A stretch of DNA of 59,133 bases from the NCBI GenBank assembly GCA_040285745.1, contig JAUFOR010000004.1:1364001-1423133 (forward strand), read 5' to 3'. Source of the DNA: Barthelona sp. PCE (Eukaryota). Positions 1 through 9,351 of this stretch are shown here, piece after piece. The number at the start of each line of letters is the position of its first letter. Within the stretch, counting starts at the first letter, position 1. The notes beneath the pieces were generated by a model, which saw only the letters and a program-made list of their open reading frames with translations, was not told the origin of the DNA and ran no database searches. The translations under genes and the position numbers were made by a program.

Positions 1-2
1 TT

Positions 3-3000
3 AGATGGCAGAGCGATTTCTTCTCACTTCATTACATCATTCCACTGTCCGATGATATGGGTAAATTCCACCCACTGATCACATATGCGGTGCTCGTTGC
101 CATCAGTGACCTTGAATCGTTTCATGTCAAGTCGTACGCAGATGATCTGACGAGTGTAATTCAGTACATGATTGAACATATGTATAATCATGCAATGGTC
201 GATATGCTTCCTGTATTCCTACACGATGAGAAACTTATGCAACGCGGTCGTATCAACTATAAATTCCCAGTTAGTGCATTTTCTGCATTAATGAAGTTGG
301 TTCTTGTTTGTATCGATCAATTATCTATGAAACACATTGAGCTATTGAGCGATTTCTGCTTCATAGAGAACTCTATTTTGGTTAAGAGTATGTATGACTT
401 TTTAATCGGAACAAACATGAAGACATTTTGTCTGTTCTTGCCTCATCTACTAACTCGAATGATGCTTGTACCACATGAGCACAACGGGCTTCTTGTACAG
501 CTGTGGGACCTGATCGTTTATCGCGTTACAAAAACTGATGAGCTGGATGCGTTTGTTACACGAACGTTGGTGGAGTGCTATATTTTATCGTTCATTAAAC
601 TTTCCCAACTGGGTGATTTGAACAATGTTTCGTTCTTGATGCGATATCCCAACGAAAGAGGACAGGTGAACGGGCAAGCTTTGTTACTTGTTTGGTTCTC
701 AGAATTAAAAAAATTGTTTTTTCCAAAAATGTACATTCTCGAGAGTGATCTCTTAAAGGTTAAGGCTCATCCATGTGAAATGCAACACGTTTCTTTTATC
801 GTTCACGCTCTTTCGTTGTACTCAAGTGAATACGGTTCCAAGTCAGCTAGATTTGTAAGTATTATGCGATACTACTTTAAACACAAGAGCATTGAGAGAA
901 AGTCAGACGTCTGGTTTGTGCTTCCGCTCTCTCATCTCGACGCAACTCTATCAAAAAGCGTCTTGTTATTTAAGGCTGTTCCGTATGAAGATATACAAGA
1001 TAAGTTAACAGCAACATTTTGTGAACTGATGAAGAGAATGACAGATACTCGTAATAGTCACGTTAGAAGTATTATTCTCGAAGACAAGCTCACCTTTGAC
1101 CGTATTTTTGCGTTTATGCATGATAGATTTATTATTGATGAAATTTTGTTGAAACCTGAATTTTCCAATAATCATTTACTTTTACTTTCCTTACCTCACT
1201 CGATCCATTCGGATAAGACAATTGATGTGACACATCAAAAACCCAGTGATCTAGGGTTCATAACCCGAGTATTAGTGAATTCAGGAGAATTGCAGCATTT
1301 GCCAGTTTTATTTTCTCGTTTTGATGATTTAGACACTGAAACAATATTCATACTGTTTAATAATGTCAAATTCGATATCAAACTGTTCAGACACCTCATT
1401 TCATTCATGTTAAAAGAAGAAAAACCAGCTTATCACTACAAACTTTTTGTTCCTTATGTTCAAGACTTTTTGAATGCTTTCTTTAAGCACCACACGTCTA
1501 AAACACTGTTTACGCATCTGATCAACATTCTTAGATCTTCACCTGATGCGTACACTCTTCTGAATAGTGCAGAACTGTTTATTACCATCCTACTTGGTTT
1601 CCATTTAAAAGATAACGTCGATGACATCATCATGTATTATTCCACAGTATACGGGATTGCATTTGATGCGGTTAGTTCACTGCTCATTGGTGACCGATCA
1701 TTTCAGATTTCAGTACTCATAAAATTATTTTTGCCAACGAATCTTTGCGATTATCGCGAGCTCATCATGCTGAGTCTAAGTCTTTTGAAGAAGCGTGCGT
1801 TTGACAATGAGAAGAGGTACATTTTACACGAGATTGTCAGTCAAACATTTTCATACCTTGAGCTTAAAGATGATAATGGATTTTTCCAGTTATTTTTTGA
1901 TGTTTATTCCGTATATGACTTTGATTTACTCGATTTCAACAATATCATGTCGTTTTTCCTTAATGTATCAGATAGCTGTAATTACAGTTGTGCATATAGA
2001 TTCCTCAAGAATCATATCATGGTTAAAAATTACATGACACAGTTCAAGAGTGTCAAGAATATTACCGGTGTGAAGTGTATTCAGCGCATTATAGAAGCTC
2101 TATCCCAGAGTCATCCTGAGATGTTTGTTGATATCATTAATACGCTCTCGGACGTTCCCCTCACATCATTGATCAAATTGAATACAAATATCGAAAACAT
2201 TGTTTTTACAATGATTTTCGTCTTGTATGGCACAAATTCAGCAGTTGTTGACTCAATAGTCTCATCTCACACTCTGCTGGGTAAGCTGTTGTCAATATCT
2301 CTCCTGCTAATGTGTTATAAATTGCAGTTCGCAGAGGAGTTGGGTGTTACAATTTTCAGACTTTTCCACACCATTGTAAGACTCCGTGCAAAATGCGCCG
2401 GTAATGCATATGAAGTCGACATTTCCGCCAATACTTTGAGTAGTATGTCAGAAGCTTCTCTAAATTGCTTTTTGAAGACAAAATTCTCCGTTGTTCTGGA
2501 TACTTCTTTCATTGATAACGTATGTTTCAAGTTTTTGAATGTTTTTTCAAACAAAGTACAGGCACACTGCTGCACTCTCTTATGTTCAGCTGTCAAGGAT
2601 GTTGTGTCAGATACATCAGTGATACATGACCCACTACTGCGGATTACACAGCTGCTAATTGTACTGTGTCAGAGCACTGACAAGGTCGAGTGTGTTGACA
2701 CTGTCTGTACTGTACTCCGTTGGTGCAACCAAATGGATGATCCTCGCAGGATTACGATGGTTCAGCTTTCTCTGTTGTTTTTCCTTGATCAATTGGAGTT
2801 CCACCACGGGTTTGAACAACTTTACCTCCATCCAGATGTCTTCTGGACCGTTGTTGGGTTGTTTACTGATTCAGAGCGAATTAATGTGGCATGCGTAGCA
2901 GCATATTTCGTATGCACATTTCTTACTCATGCAAAAGAAGTCATAGGAGATATAGACGTGCGCCTGAAGGTGAGCCAGGTCCTCCGTATGAATCAGACAC

Positions 3001-4157
3001 ACACACTTCATGATATAGGACAGAAATTATTAGACGCACATACGTATCATTACTATGTTACATTGATGCAGTTATGCTCAACACTCACTTTAGATAGGAT
3101 AGTTGAACCCAGTTCATTCCGTTTTATAAGATCGTTCACGGTACTTCTTCCTGTGTTCTTCAAGCGCGTGGTTGAACTTTTCACAATAGGGAAATTCCCA
3201 CTCGTTTACAAGCTGCCCATCGTTGAGAACGCTTGTAACGTACTCTACGACGAGCTTCTAGAACTGAATGAATGTATTCTGCAGGTGTGTACTTTAGCAG
3301 ATCTTGGAGGTTTCAAACAAGTTTGGAGCACGAACGTTGAACCTTTTATTCATGGAGACATAGAGTATAGCACATGTGATGAGTTGATTGTATTCATTAG
3401 TGATGTTTTTAAGCAATACCGCAACAGTTTAGGTGTTAATGACTTACATGAGCGCTATTTTGTAGAAATCAATACTTTTCAGTACCAAATCCTTAACTCA
3501 TATCTAGAAAACCGCTCAAAAAGTTCAATATTTGTTGGAAATCCCCTAAATATCCACCTACAAATGATGTTGGGAATTGAGCTCATATCTTTTGAAAGGC
3601 CAATGGATCAGACTGAACGTATAACGTTAGAGTCTCTCAGAGAAGATACGTGTGCCAAATTCTTTATGTTAAGCGATGAAAGTAAGAATTTAATAGATTT
3701 ACTTCATAATTTGATGGATGAGAGTGACTGTTTGCTTCCTAACGATGAACCAGCACTTTCTCTGGATCAGATTTTGTTAAAGACAACACAGGAGTATTGT
3801 AACATAAAATCAGTGATGCTGAACAGTATCGCTAACCCAATTGGTATTCGTTTACAACTTCCAGTGCGCAATACATACTTTAAACTCGCAGCAAAATACG
3901 CCCAGCGCTTCATTATAGTGTCTAGCTGCATGTTAAAGAACGAAGATCGTCCTGAAACGAATGAAAACATCACAGATCACTTAATTAGTGCATTTTTCGC
4001 AGTGAATGATACTAACAGACATGAAAGCATGATTCTTGATCAATACAAGACTGAACTATTCAATGACATACCGGATATTGCGCTTTCCTCAGCCAGTACC
4101 ATGCAGTTGATGCGCCCTTGGCCAAAACACAACAACTATGATACATTTTTACAATAA
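3..4157 (+). CDS. Large predicted alpha-helical (HEAT/ARM-like solenoid) protein of unknown function, probably 5'-truncated by the window edge
   Basis: The frame of the 1366-aa ORF is open from position 3 (RWQSDFFSLHYIIPLSDD-MGKF), so it probably runs off the left edge. It is Leu/Phe-rich and amphipathic throughout; no diagnostic motif recognised. Confidence 0.75.
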   Translation, partial: RWQSDFFSLHYIIPLSDDMGKFHPLITYAVLVAISDLESFHVKSYADDLTSVIQYMIEHMYNHAMVDMLPVFLHDEKLMQRGRINYKFPVSAFSALMKLVLVCIDQLSMKHIELLSDFCFIENSILVKSMYDFLIGTNMKTFCLFLPHLLTRMMLVPHEHNGLLVQLWDLIVYRVTKTDELDAFVTRTLVECYILSFIKLSQLGDLNNVSFLMRYPNERGQVNGQALLLVWFSELKKLFFPKMYILESDLLKVKAHPCEMQHVSFIVHALSLYSSEYGSKSARFVSIMRYYFKHKSIERKSDVWFVLPLSHLDATLSKSVLLFKAVPYEDIQDKLTATFCELMKRMTDTRNSHVRSIILEDKLTFDRIFAFMHDRFIIDEILLKPEFSNNHLLLLSLPHSIHSDKTIDVTHQKPSDLGFITRVLVNSGELQHLPVLFSRFDDLDTETIFILFNNVKFDIKLFRHLISFMLKEEKPAYHYKLFVPYVQDFLNAFFKHHTSKTLFTHLINILRSSPDAYTLLNSAELFITILLGFHLKDNVDDIIMYYSTVYGIAFDAVSSLLIGDRSFQISVLIKLFLPTNLCDYRELIMLSLSLLKKRAFDNEKRYILHEIVSQTFSYLELKDDNGFFQLFFDVYSVYDFDLLDFNNIMSFFLNVSDSCNYSCAYRFLKNHIMVKNYMTQFKSVKNITGVKCIQRIIEALSQSHPEMFVDIINTLSDVPLTSLIKLNTNIENIVFTMIFVLYGTNSAVVDSIVSSHTLLGKLLSISLLLMCYKLQFAEELGVTIFRLFHTIVRLRAKCAGNAYEVDISANTLSSMSEASLNCFLKTKFSVVLDTSFIDNVCFKFLNVFSNKVQAHCCTLLCSAVKDVVSDTSVIHDPLLRITQLLIVLCQSTDKVECVDTVCTVLRWCNQMDDPRRITMVQLSLLFFLDQLEFHHGFEQLYLHPDVFWTVVGLFTDSERINVACVAAYFVCTFLTHAKEVIGDIDVRLKVSQVLRMNQTHTLHDIGQKLLDAHTYHYYVTLMQLCSTLTLDRIVEPSSFRFIRSFTVLLPVFFKRVVELFTIGKFPLVYKLPIVENACNVLYDELLELNECILQVCTLADLGGFKQVWSTNVEPFIHGDIEYSTCDELIVFISDVFKQYRNSLGVNDLHERYFVEINTFQYQILNSYLENRSKSSIFVGNPLNIHLQMMLGIELISFERPMDQTERITLESLREDTCAKFFMLSDESKNLIDLLHNLMDESDCLLPNDEPALSLDQILLKTTQEYCNIKSVMLNSIANPIGIRLQLPVRNTYFKLAAKYAQRFIIVSSCMLKNEDRPETNENITDHLISAFFAVNDTNRHESMILDQYKTELFNDIPDIALSSASTMQLMRPWPKHNNYDTFLQ

Positions 4158-5318
4158 TTATTCTATCTCCAACAATTCTAAGATAGTTTCTGTGTCCTTC
4201 TCTGTAAATCCACAATTTCTAAACTCAAAATGCTCTAACCCTGTGCCCTGTTGCAACCCTGTGATGATATATCGAGCCATTGTATGGTGTAACGGGTTTG
4301 CAGAAATATTAAGGGTTTTCAGTCTTAATGATGGCATCATGGCAGAAAGTGTTTGTAAAGACGACTCTCCCAGTGCAGTTCCACTGATGTTTAAGTGCTC
4401 CAATGATGGATTTGATACCAAAGATTGGAGAATAAGTTTCACACCAGCATCTTTAAGCATGTTTAATCTTAAATCTAAACATTTAAGGGACTTATTCACT
4501 AACAATGCACTACCCAGAAAACCAGCACCCTCGATGCCGATCTGATTATTTGTTAGAACCAAGGTGTCAAAAAGACCTCGATGCTTAAGCAACTTTGCCA
4601 AATATCTCGCACCAGTATTCGTAATCTTGTTGGATTTCAAGCTCAGGAACATGAGGCTCTCGTTGAATCTCAGTCCTTTGCACAAGAGCTTTAATAAATC
4701 ATCATTAACTGAACTGGAATGAATGCCAAGATCAATGAGCTGAGAATCCTTTAGAGCAGATGCCAGTGACAGCATGTCGTCGAGGCGCATGCCGATGTTG
4801 TTGGCATCATATCCGTTGAGATCAAGCTTGAAATCATGTGTAATGTCATAAGATGCATAAGAAATTGTAAAAGACCGAAGATGTGTAAGTTTTGAGATGA
4901 TCTGACCCAAGGGGAAGTGGGATGGGCACTGCTTGAGCACAAGAGTCTGAACATATGGTGCACTAAGCTTCAGGGCGGAGTAAATGATATCGAAAGACTC
5001 AACATCCTTTGCTGTCTCAATCACTTCCGCAAGAAAGCGCTCGAAAAATAGCGTCTTCCAGCTCCCTTCATGCCTCGATACATCACAATTTACGAAAGAA
5101 TGCATACATCTTCGCTCCCAATATGTCTCATTGTCTATAGCTTTAGAAACAACGTCTAGGGGTAAAGATAGACTGAGTAACGAGATGATCGTATCGTGAT
5201 ACTGCTCTGGTACGTTATCTAACGATTGGATTTTGTCAAAATTCTTTGCGATGCTTTGGAGGCAAATTGTAACCAGTGAAGGCACGTATGCAGAGTTGTT
5301 GTATTCCTCGTTCTCCAT
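4158..5318 (-). CDS. DRC5: Dynein regulatory complex subunit 5 (TCTE1-like), leucine-rich repeat protein
   Basis: The N-terminal VPSLVTICLQSIAKNF...IDNETYWERRC...CDVSRHEGSWKTLFFERFL matches the TCTE1/DRC5 signature. It is followed by RI-type LRRs (LSLKSNKITNTGA, LVLTNNQIGIEGA, LDLRLNMLKDAG). Confidence 0.88.
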   Translation of the reverse strand: MENEEYNNSAYVPSLVTICLQSIAKNFDKIQSLDNVPEQYHDTIISLLSLSLPLDVVSKAIDNETYWERRCMHSFVNCDVSRHEGSWKTLFFERFLAEVIETAKDVESFDIIYSALKLSAPYVQTLVLKQCPSHFPLGQIISKLTHLRSFTISYASYDITHDFKLDLNGYDANNIGMRLDDMLSLASALKDSQLIDLGIHSSSVNDDLLKLLCKGLRFNESLMFLSLKSNKITNTGARYLAKLLKHRGLFDTLVLTNNQIGIEGAGFLGSALLVNKSLKCLDLRLNMLKDAGVKLILQSLVSNPSLEHLNISGTALGESSLQTLSAMMPSLRLKTLNISANPLHHTMARYIITGLQQGTGLEHFEFRNCGFTEKDTETILELLEIE

Positions 5319-5510
5319 TAAAGCTAAAAAATGTAAGATAGGGGTGGAAAATATGAAAACGCATTTGTTGCAATTATATGGCGAAGTTCAGGTGTTATTG
5401 CCATTAATAGACCATGTAATTGTCACTAAGACCATTGAAAAAACATATTATTAGTATAGAAAGTGCTTTTGTGCCTGTTAACCTGTTGAATTCCCTTTTC
5501 AATCAGTTAT

Positions 5511-5930
5511 ATGGAACCAGCAAACGAAAATTCGTCAGGGGCCACAGATTGGTTGTCTCTTGTCCAGCATCATGGAATAGAACCAAGTTTTCCTGAAATA
5601 GTGTATTTAGAGCAGCAGAAGATTGTTCCTGATCCAGAAATAGTAATGATGCATGATGGGGTATCACACTGTCTGCTAAAGTTAGAATTGAAACCAAAAC
5701 GCTTACCTGTTTTTTGTGAAATTTTTAAGCTTTATCCGTATAGGGATATTTATTGTTCAGGGTATCCTATATTCTACTCACCAGAGACCAGGATACTTGA
5801 AAAAAATACACAAAATATTAGTCCAATGACATATCCTCTCCAATACCATCCCAGTGCAATTTACTGGTTTGGTTTACATAATAATGAGACCATTAACAGG
5901 ATCGCAGACACTACAATGGTTGATGAATAG
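5511..5930 (+). CDS. Hypothetical protein (139 aa)
   Basis: ATG-started ORF filling the gap between two genes and ending 10 bp from the convergent neighbour; no motif recognised. Confidence 0.5.
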   Translation: MEPANENSSGATDWLSLVQHHGIEPSFPEIVYLEQQKIVPDPEIVMMHDGVSHCLLKLELKPKRLPVFCEIFKLYPYRDIYCSGYPIFYSPETRILEKNTQNISPMTYPLQYHPSAIYWFGLHNNETINRIADTTMVDE

Positions 5931-5939
5931 CATAGTTCT

Positions 5940-7082
5940 TTATTTGTACTGAAATTCAATTCTAGATTTTAACACTTCTCTAATTTGCTCATCTTTAATT
6001 TCCTCTTCTTCTAACGTTGAACTCATCAACAATACATTGGTTGATGTAGTTGCAGCAGCATGTGAATAAGCTAAATCCATATTTTGTTTTCTTAATGTAT
6101 CTATTTCGCTATTCAATCTATCCAGCTGGTTCTCCAATGATTCAACCCTCATTGAGTATGTTACATTCTGTCTTTGCGTTTCTTCTTGTTTACGTTTCAA
6201 AGAAAGATGCTCTTCATTCAAATCTTCCAACTGATGTTTTGTTTTAGTTAACTCAAATAACAAATCCTCGTTTTGTCTTTGTAAATCGTCAGTTGCAACA
6301 CTTCCTCCCGATTGGCCAATTAATAAACCTGCTCCTGAACTCATTTTAGTAGATTCTGTGGAGTTGGAGCTGTAATATGCATTTGCTTCATATTCATCCT
6401 TAATTTGTTGTAAAAGAGTGGAGTACGTGCCACCTTCAGCAATGATACGATCAAATAACTCACGAAATACTCGAATTCTAATAACACAAGGCTGTTGATC
6501 TTTTGCTTTAAGTTGTACAAGTCGCTCTGTCAACCAAACTTCAAAATCAACAGCCTTACTTCTGAATTGTTGTCGAGAAGAAGGTTTAACACGATCTTTT
6601 CTGTTCAAATTTTCCAGTGGGAGTTCATCAACTACATAAAACCCCTTTTCCCCTCCTCTTTTACGTTTATGTCTCATGAGGTCGTCCTCGTTGCCTAGGT
6701 TAATCTTGTTCTCCGCTGTAAATGTGTGGCGGAGCGCTTTGCTAATTTTTTGCCGGGAACCTTGAGCAGTCTTTGCTGCAATTGTACTTTTTGTGCTGAT
6801 ATCTGGTACCATTATTGCGTTGGGTGCTGTTTTTGGCCTCACCATCCTTCGAGAACTTGATTCCCGATTAGAATTTTGAGACATTGAACTTGCACTTCTA
6901 AAATTTCTTGATTTTGGTCTGTTGCGGTGGTGAACTAAGGAGTTACGTCGTGACTTAGAAAGATCTAAGCTCATTTGCTTCACAGAATAACGCGGTAAAG
7001 CTGCTTGGACTGAAACAGGTTGGAACGTCTTTGTGATGTGAAATTCCGCAGATCCAAGCTCACTTATGCTCCTTTTGGTCAT
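5940..7082 (-). CDS. Coiled-coil protein with a TSNAXIP1 N-terminal-like domain (cilia-associated family)
   Basis: RIRVFRELFDRIIAEGGTYSTLLQQIKDEYE resembles the TSNAXIP1_N motif. The N-terminus is basic and disordered, with a C-terminal coiled coil. First in-frame ATG is at 7082 (MTKRSISELG). Confidence 0.7.
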   Translation of the reverse strand: MTKRSISELGSAEFHITKTFQPVSVQAALPRYSVKQMSLDLSKSRRNSLVHHRNRPKSRNFRSASSMSQNSNRESSSRRMVRPKTAPNAIMVPDISTKSTIAAKTAQGSRQKISKALRHTFTAENKINLGNEDDLMRHKRKRGGEKGFYVVDELPLENLNRKDRVKPSSRQQFRSKAVDFEVWLTERLVQLKAKDQQPCVIRIRVFRELFDRIIAEGGTYSTLLQQIKDEYEANAYYSSNSTESTKMSSGAGLLIGQSGGSVATDDLQRQNEDLLFELTKTKHQLEDLNEEHLSLKRKQEETQRQNVTYSMRVESLENQLDRLNSEIDTLRKQNMDLAYSHAAATTSTNVLLMSSTLEEEEIKDEQIREVLKSRIEFQYK

Positions 7083-7243
7083 ACTTGAGCTGAGAAAGGG
7101 ATTGAAAATTGAAACAATTTTTTTTTCAATAATTGGTTTTCCAACCAACCCTGAAGATTCTCACCTGATTAAATAAAGATTTAAACAATGGATATCCATA
7201 AACATGCTGAATCAGTGTTTTTTCTTTTTCCACCTTTTTCAAC

Positions 7244-8293
7244 ATGGTACCTGCACAAAAATTAGGCGCTGGGCCATACAATGGAGGAAATATTGTTTGT
7301 GAGGAGACAGGCGTGAAAGTATCTTCTATTGAAGATTGCAATCATTTCCTGCTTAATTGTGCTGTTGAGGGCAAAAATTTTGATTGCTTCTTGGAAAATT
7401 CGTATCCTCCGCTGAAGTATGCACATAAAAAACCAGCTGGATCAGGTTTTATGCATATACAAACGAAAATTAGTCAGGATAAGGTTTCAGAGCTTGATAT
7501 ACGTTACTTTAATGATATTCTCAGTGACTCGCACATAACGCTATCTATTCCCTTTCCTTTAAGAAATAATTTCATCGATAATGTTGTCAGTGGTGATATA
7601 CTTCCATTGGATGAGCAGCATATTTTTTTTGTAATTAAAGAAACTGATGAAAACCACATATTAGGCGAAGTTCCACGGTGCTATATACTCAATATTTTTA
7701 ATGGAGCTTTCAATTGTGTAGGTGAGTATGATTATGGCAGAACAATATGTCCTTATTTTTTAATATTAGAGACACTATATGGATCTGGTTGCACGTATCA
7801 TTATAGATTCAATGCTATAGATATTAAAAAAAGTTCCCACCCAAACATACAAGTTATAGACAATGCCTATACCGGACGCTCAATATGTCTCAATGCTAAG
7901 TGTATGTGTTTTATAACTTATCGATATGGCACCAATTCTGCCGAGTCTCTTATCATCATGGACAGTCAGCGCAATAGTATTGATTTATTCAAAAATTTTC
8001 CACAGTTAAGAAATATGCAAACAAGCCACCTTTGTTATTTTGTTATATTCAGATTAACAGAGAAGGTTTTATCAATGATGTTCATATATAATCAGCAGTT
8101 TTGTGATTTCATCCACATAGAAAATGATGAAATGAAATCTGCAAGAGGCCAAATGAATTTTACTTATTATTGTTGTGATACTATTCATAATATCAATCTG
8201 ACAGAAGATTTCCACGATGAAAACTGTACTGTGTATGGATCTTCAATAGAAACAGGAGGATATGGTCCAGTTGAATATATGTGTAGTAGTTAA
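7244..8293 (+). CDS. Half-length divergent member of the ~700-aa variable beta-rich family
   Basis: Collinear motifs shared with 23118..25211: CAVEGKNF/SAIEGKDF, PLKY/PLQY, IPFP, ILPLDEQHIFF/IPMDENHLLF, CYILN, CVGEYD/CLGEYD, CLNAKC/CLNSDC, DSQRN, FPQL, HIENDE/HIENGE, YGPV/YGPI. Confidence 0.85.
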   Translation: MVPAQKLGAGPYNGGNIVCEETGVKVSSIEDCNHFLLNCAVEGKNFDCFLENSYPPLKYAHKKPAGSGFMHIQTKISQDKVSELDIRYFNDILSDSHITLSIPFPLRNNFIDNVVSGDILPLDEQHIFFVIKETDENHILGEVPRCYILNIFNGAFNCVGEYDYGRTICPYFLILETLYGSGCTYHYRFNAIDIKKSSHPNIQVIDNAYTGRSICLNAKCMCFITYRYGTNSAESLIIMDSQRNSIDLFKNFPQLRNMQTSHLCYFVIFRLTEKVLSMMFIYNQQFCDFIHIENDEMKSARGQMNFTYYCCDTIHNINLTEDFHDENCTVYGSSIETGGYGPVEYMCSS

Positions 8294-8352
8294 CTATGTT
8301 TATCACCTTACGAACTTTTCTGTTTTTTTTATTCCATCCTTATTGAGTCACA

Positions 8353-9333
8353 ATGCGGACTATTGAGTACAGGATGGTGTTACCGTTCACCGTAAAGGAG
8401 TTTAGGCGTGGATTACTGCTGCAGTATCTTGATACTATGGAGCGAATTTACAGTAGTGAAGATGTTGGTGCTGATGGTCTTATTCTACTCAATAGAACAG
8501 CAACGACGCATGTATTACATGGGCCTGGAGTTGTAGTGGACAGGATCTGGATTATGGACAGGTATCTTCCTGCTTTTTTTCGATTTCTTTTTGGAAATTT
8601 GATTATTAGAGAGCATAATGTGAGCTTTCCTGGTTATACGAATTCAGCATATCGGCTAGACGGATGGAATGAGTTTCTTGTGCATGTTGAAACACTTGTA
8701 CTTGAGGATGATGATGGGCATATTGAGAATGTGTTTGGGCATGATGAAGCAATGCAAAGGAATCGCAAAGTAAGATACCTTGATCTCTCGCGTGGTCCAA
8801 ATGAGACGAAGAGCAGTGGGGGACGCTTTGATCAAGAGATGCGTCATGTATTCGATTTTGACCCTTCAACCCACACCTTCACTGATAAGAGTGGTACATC
8901 AAGAGGCCCGTTTTCAGCCGGTTGGGTAATCGGGGTGAAGGAAAGGGGTGGAAGTTACTGCTGTGTGTATCGATCAGTAAGTGTCAAGTGTCCCGGGCTT
9001 TTTGGTGGTTTTATCAAAAACAAGATATATTCGTACTTTGAACTTGGATTTATGAACTATCACTTGAAGATGGTGTACGATGGAACGAGGGTGTGCGCTT
9101 CAACAGTTGCAATGTTACAGCAAATGGAAGAGAGTGTAGTACAGCATCAAATTGAGAGAAGTAGAGCTTTTTTAGCGGGACAGGGTGAATCCCGTCACCC
9201 AATCATCAACAACGAGGATCTTTCGGTGGACCAATCATCTACATTAACAAGTACTATTCAGTCTGATGAAGAAGAAGCTGGTGAAGAGAATTTTGCTGAA
9301 ACATTTGACTCATTTGCAACTCACACACAGTAA
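8353..9333 (+). CDS. Phosphatidylinositol transfer protein (PITP/IP_trans family), divergent
   Basis: MRTIEYRMVLPFTVKEF, HIENVF, RKVRYLDL, FDPSTH...SGTSRGPFSAGW and YCCVYRSVSVK correspond to PITP family motifs; acidic C-terminal tail. Confidence 0.82.
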   Translation: MRTIEYRMVLPFTVKEFRRGLLLQYLDTMERIYSSEDVGADGLILLNRTATTHVLHGPGVVVDRIWIMDRYLPAFFRFLFGNLIIREHNVSFPGYTNSAYRLDGWNEFLVHVETLVLEDDDGHIENVFGHDEAMQRNRKVRYLDLSRGPNETKSSGGRFDQEMRHVFDFDPSTHTFTDKSGTSRGPFSAGWVIGVKERGGSYCCVYRSVSVKCPGLFGGFIKNKIYSYFELGFMNYHLKMVYDGTRVCASTVAMLQQMEESVVQHQIERSRAFLAGQGESRHPIINNEDLSVDQSSTLTSTIQSDEEEAGEENFAETFDSFATHTQ

Positions 9334-9351
9334 AACACTAAAAAATTTACT

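Noticed and set aside
3-4157. Nup188/Nup205-type nucleoporin identity
   Set aside because: Size and helical character fit, but no specific motif could be recognised; left as unknown.
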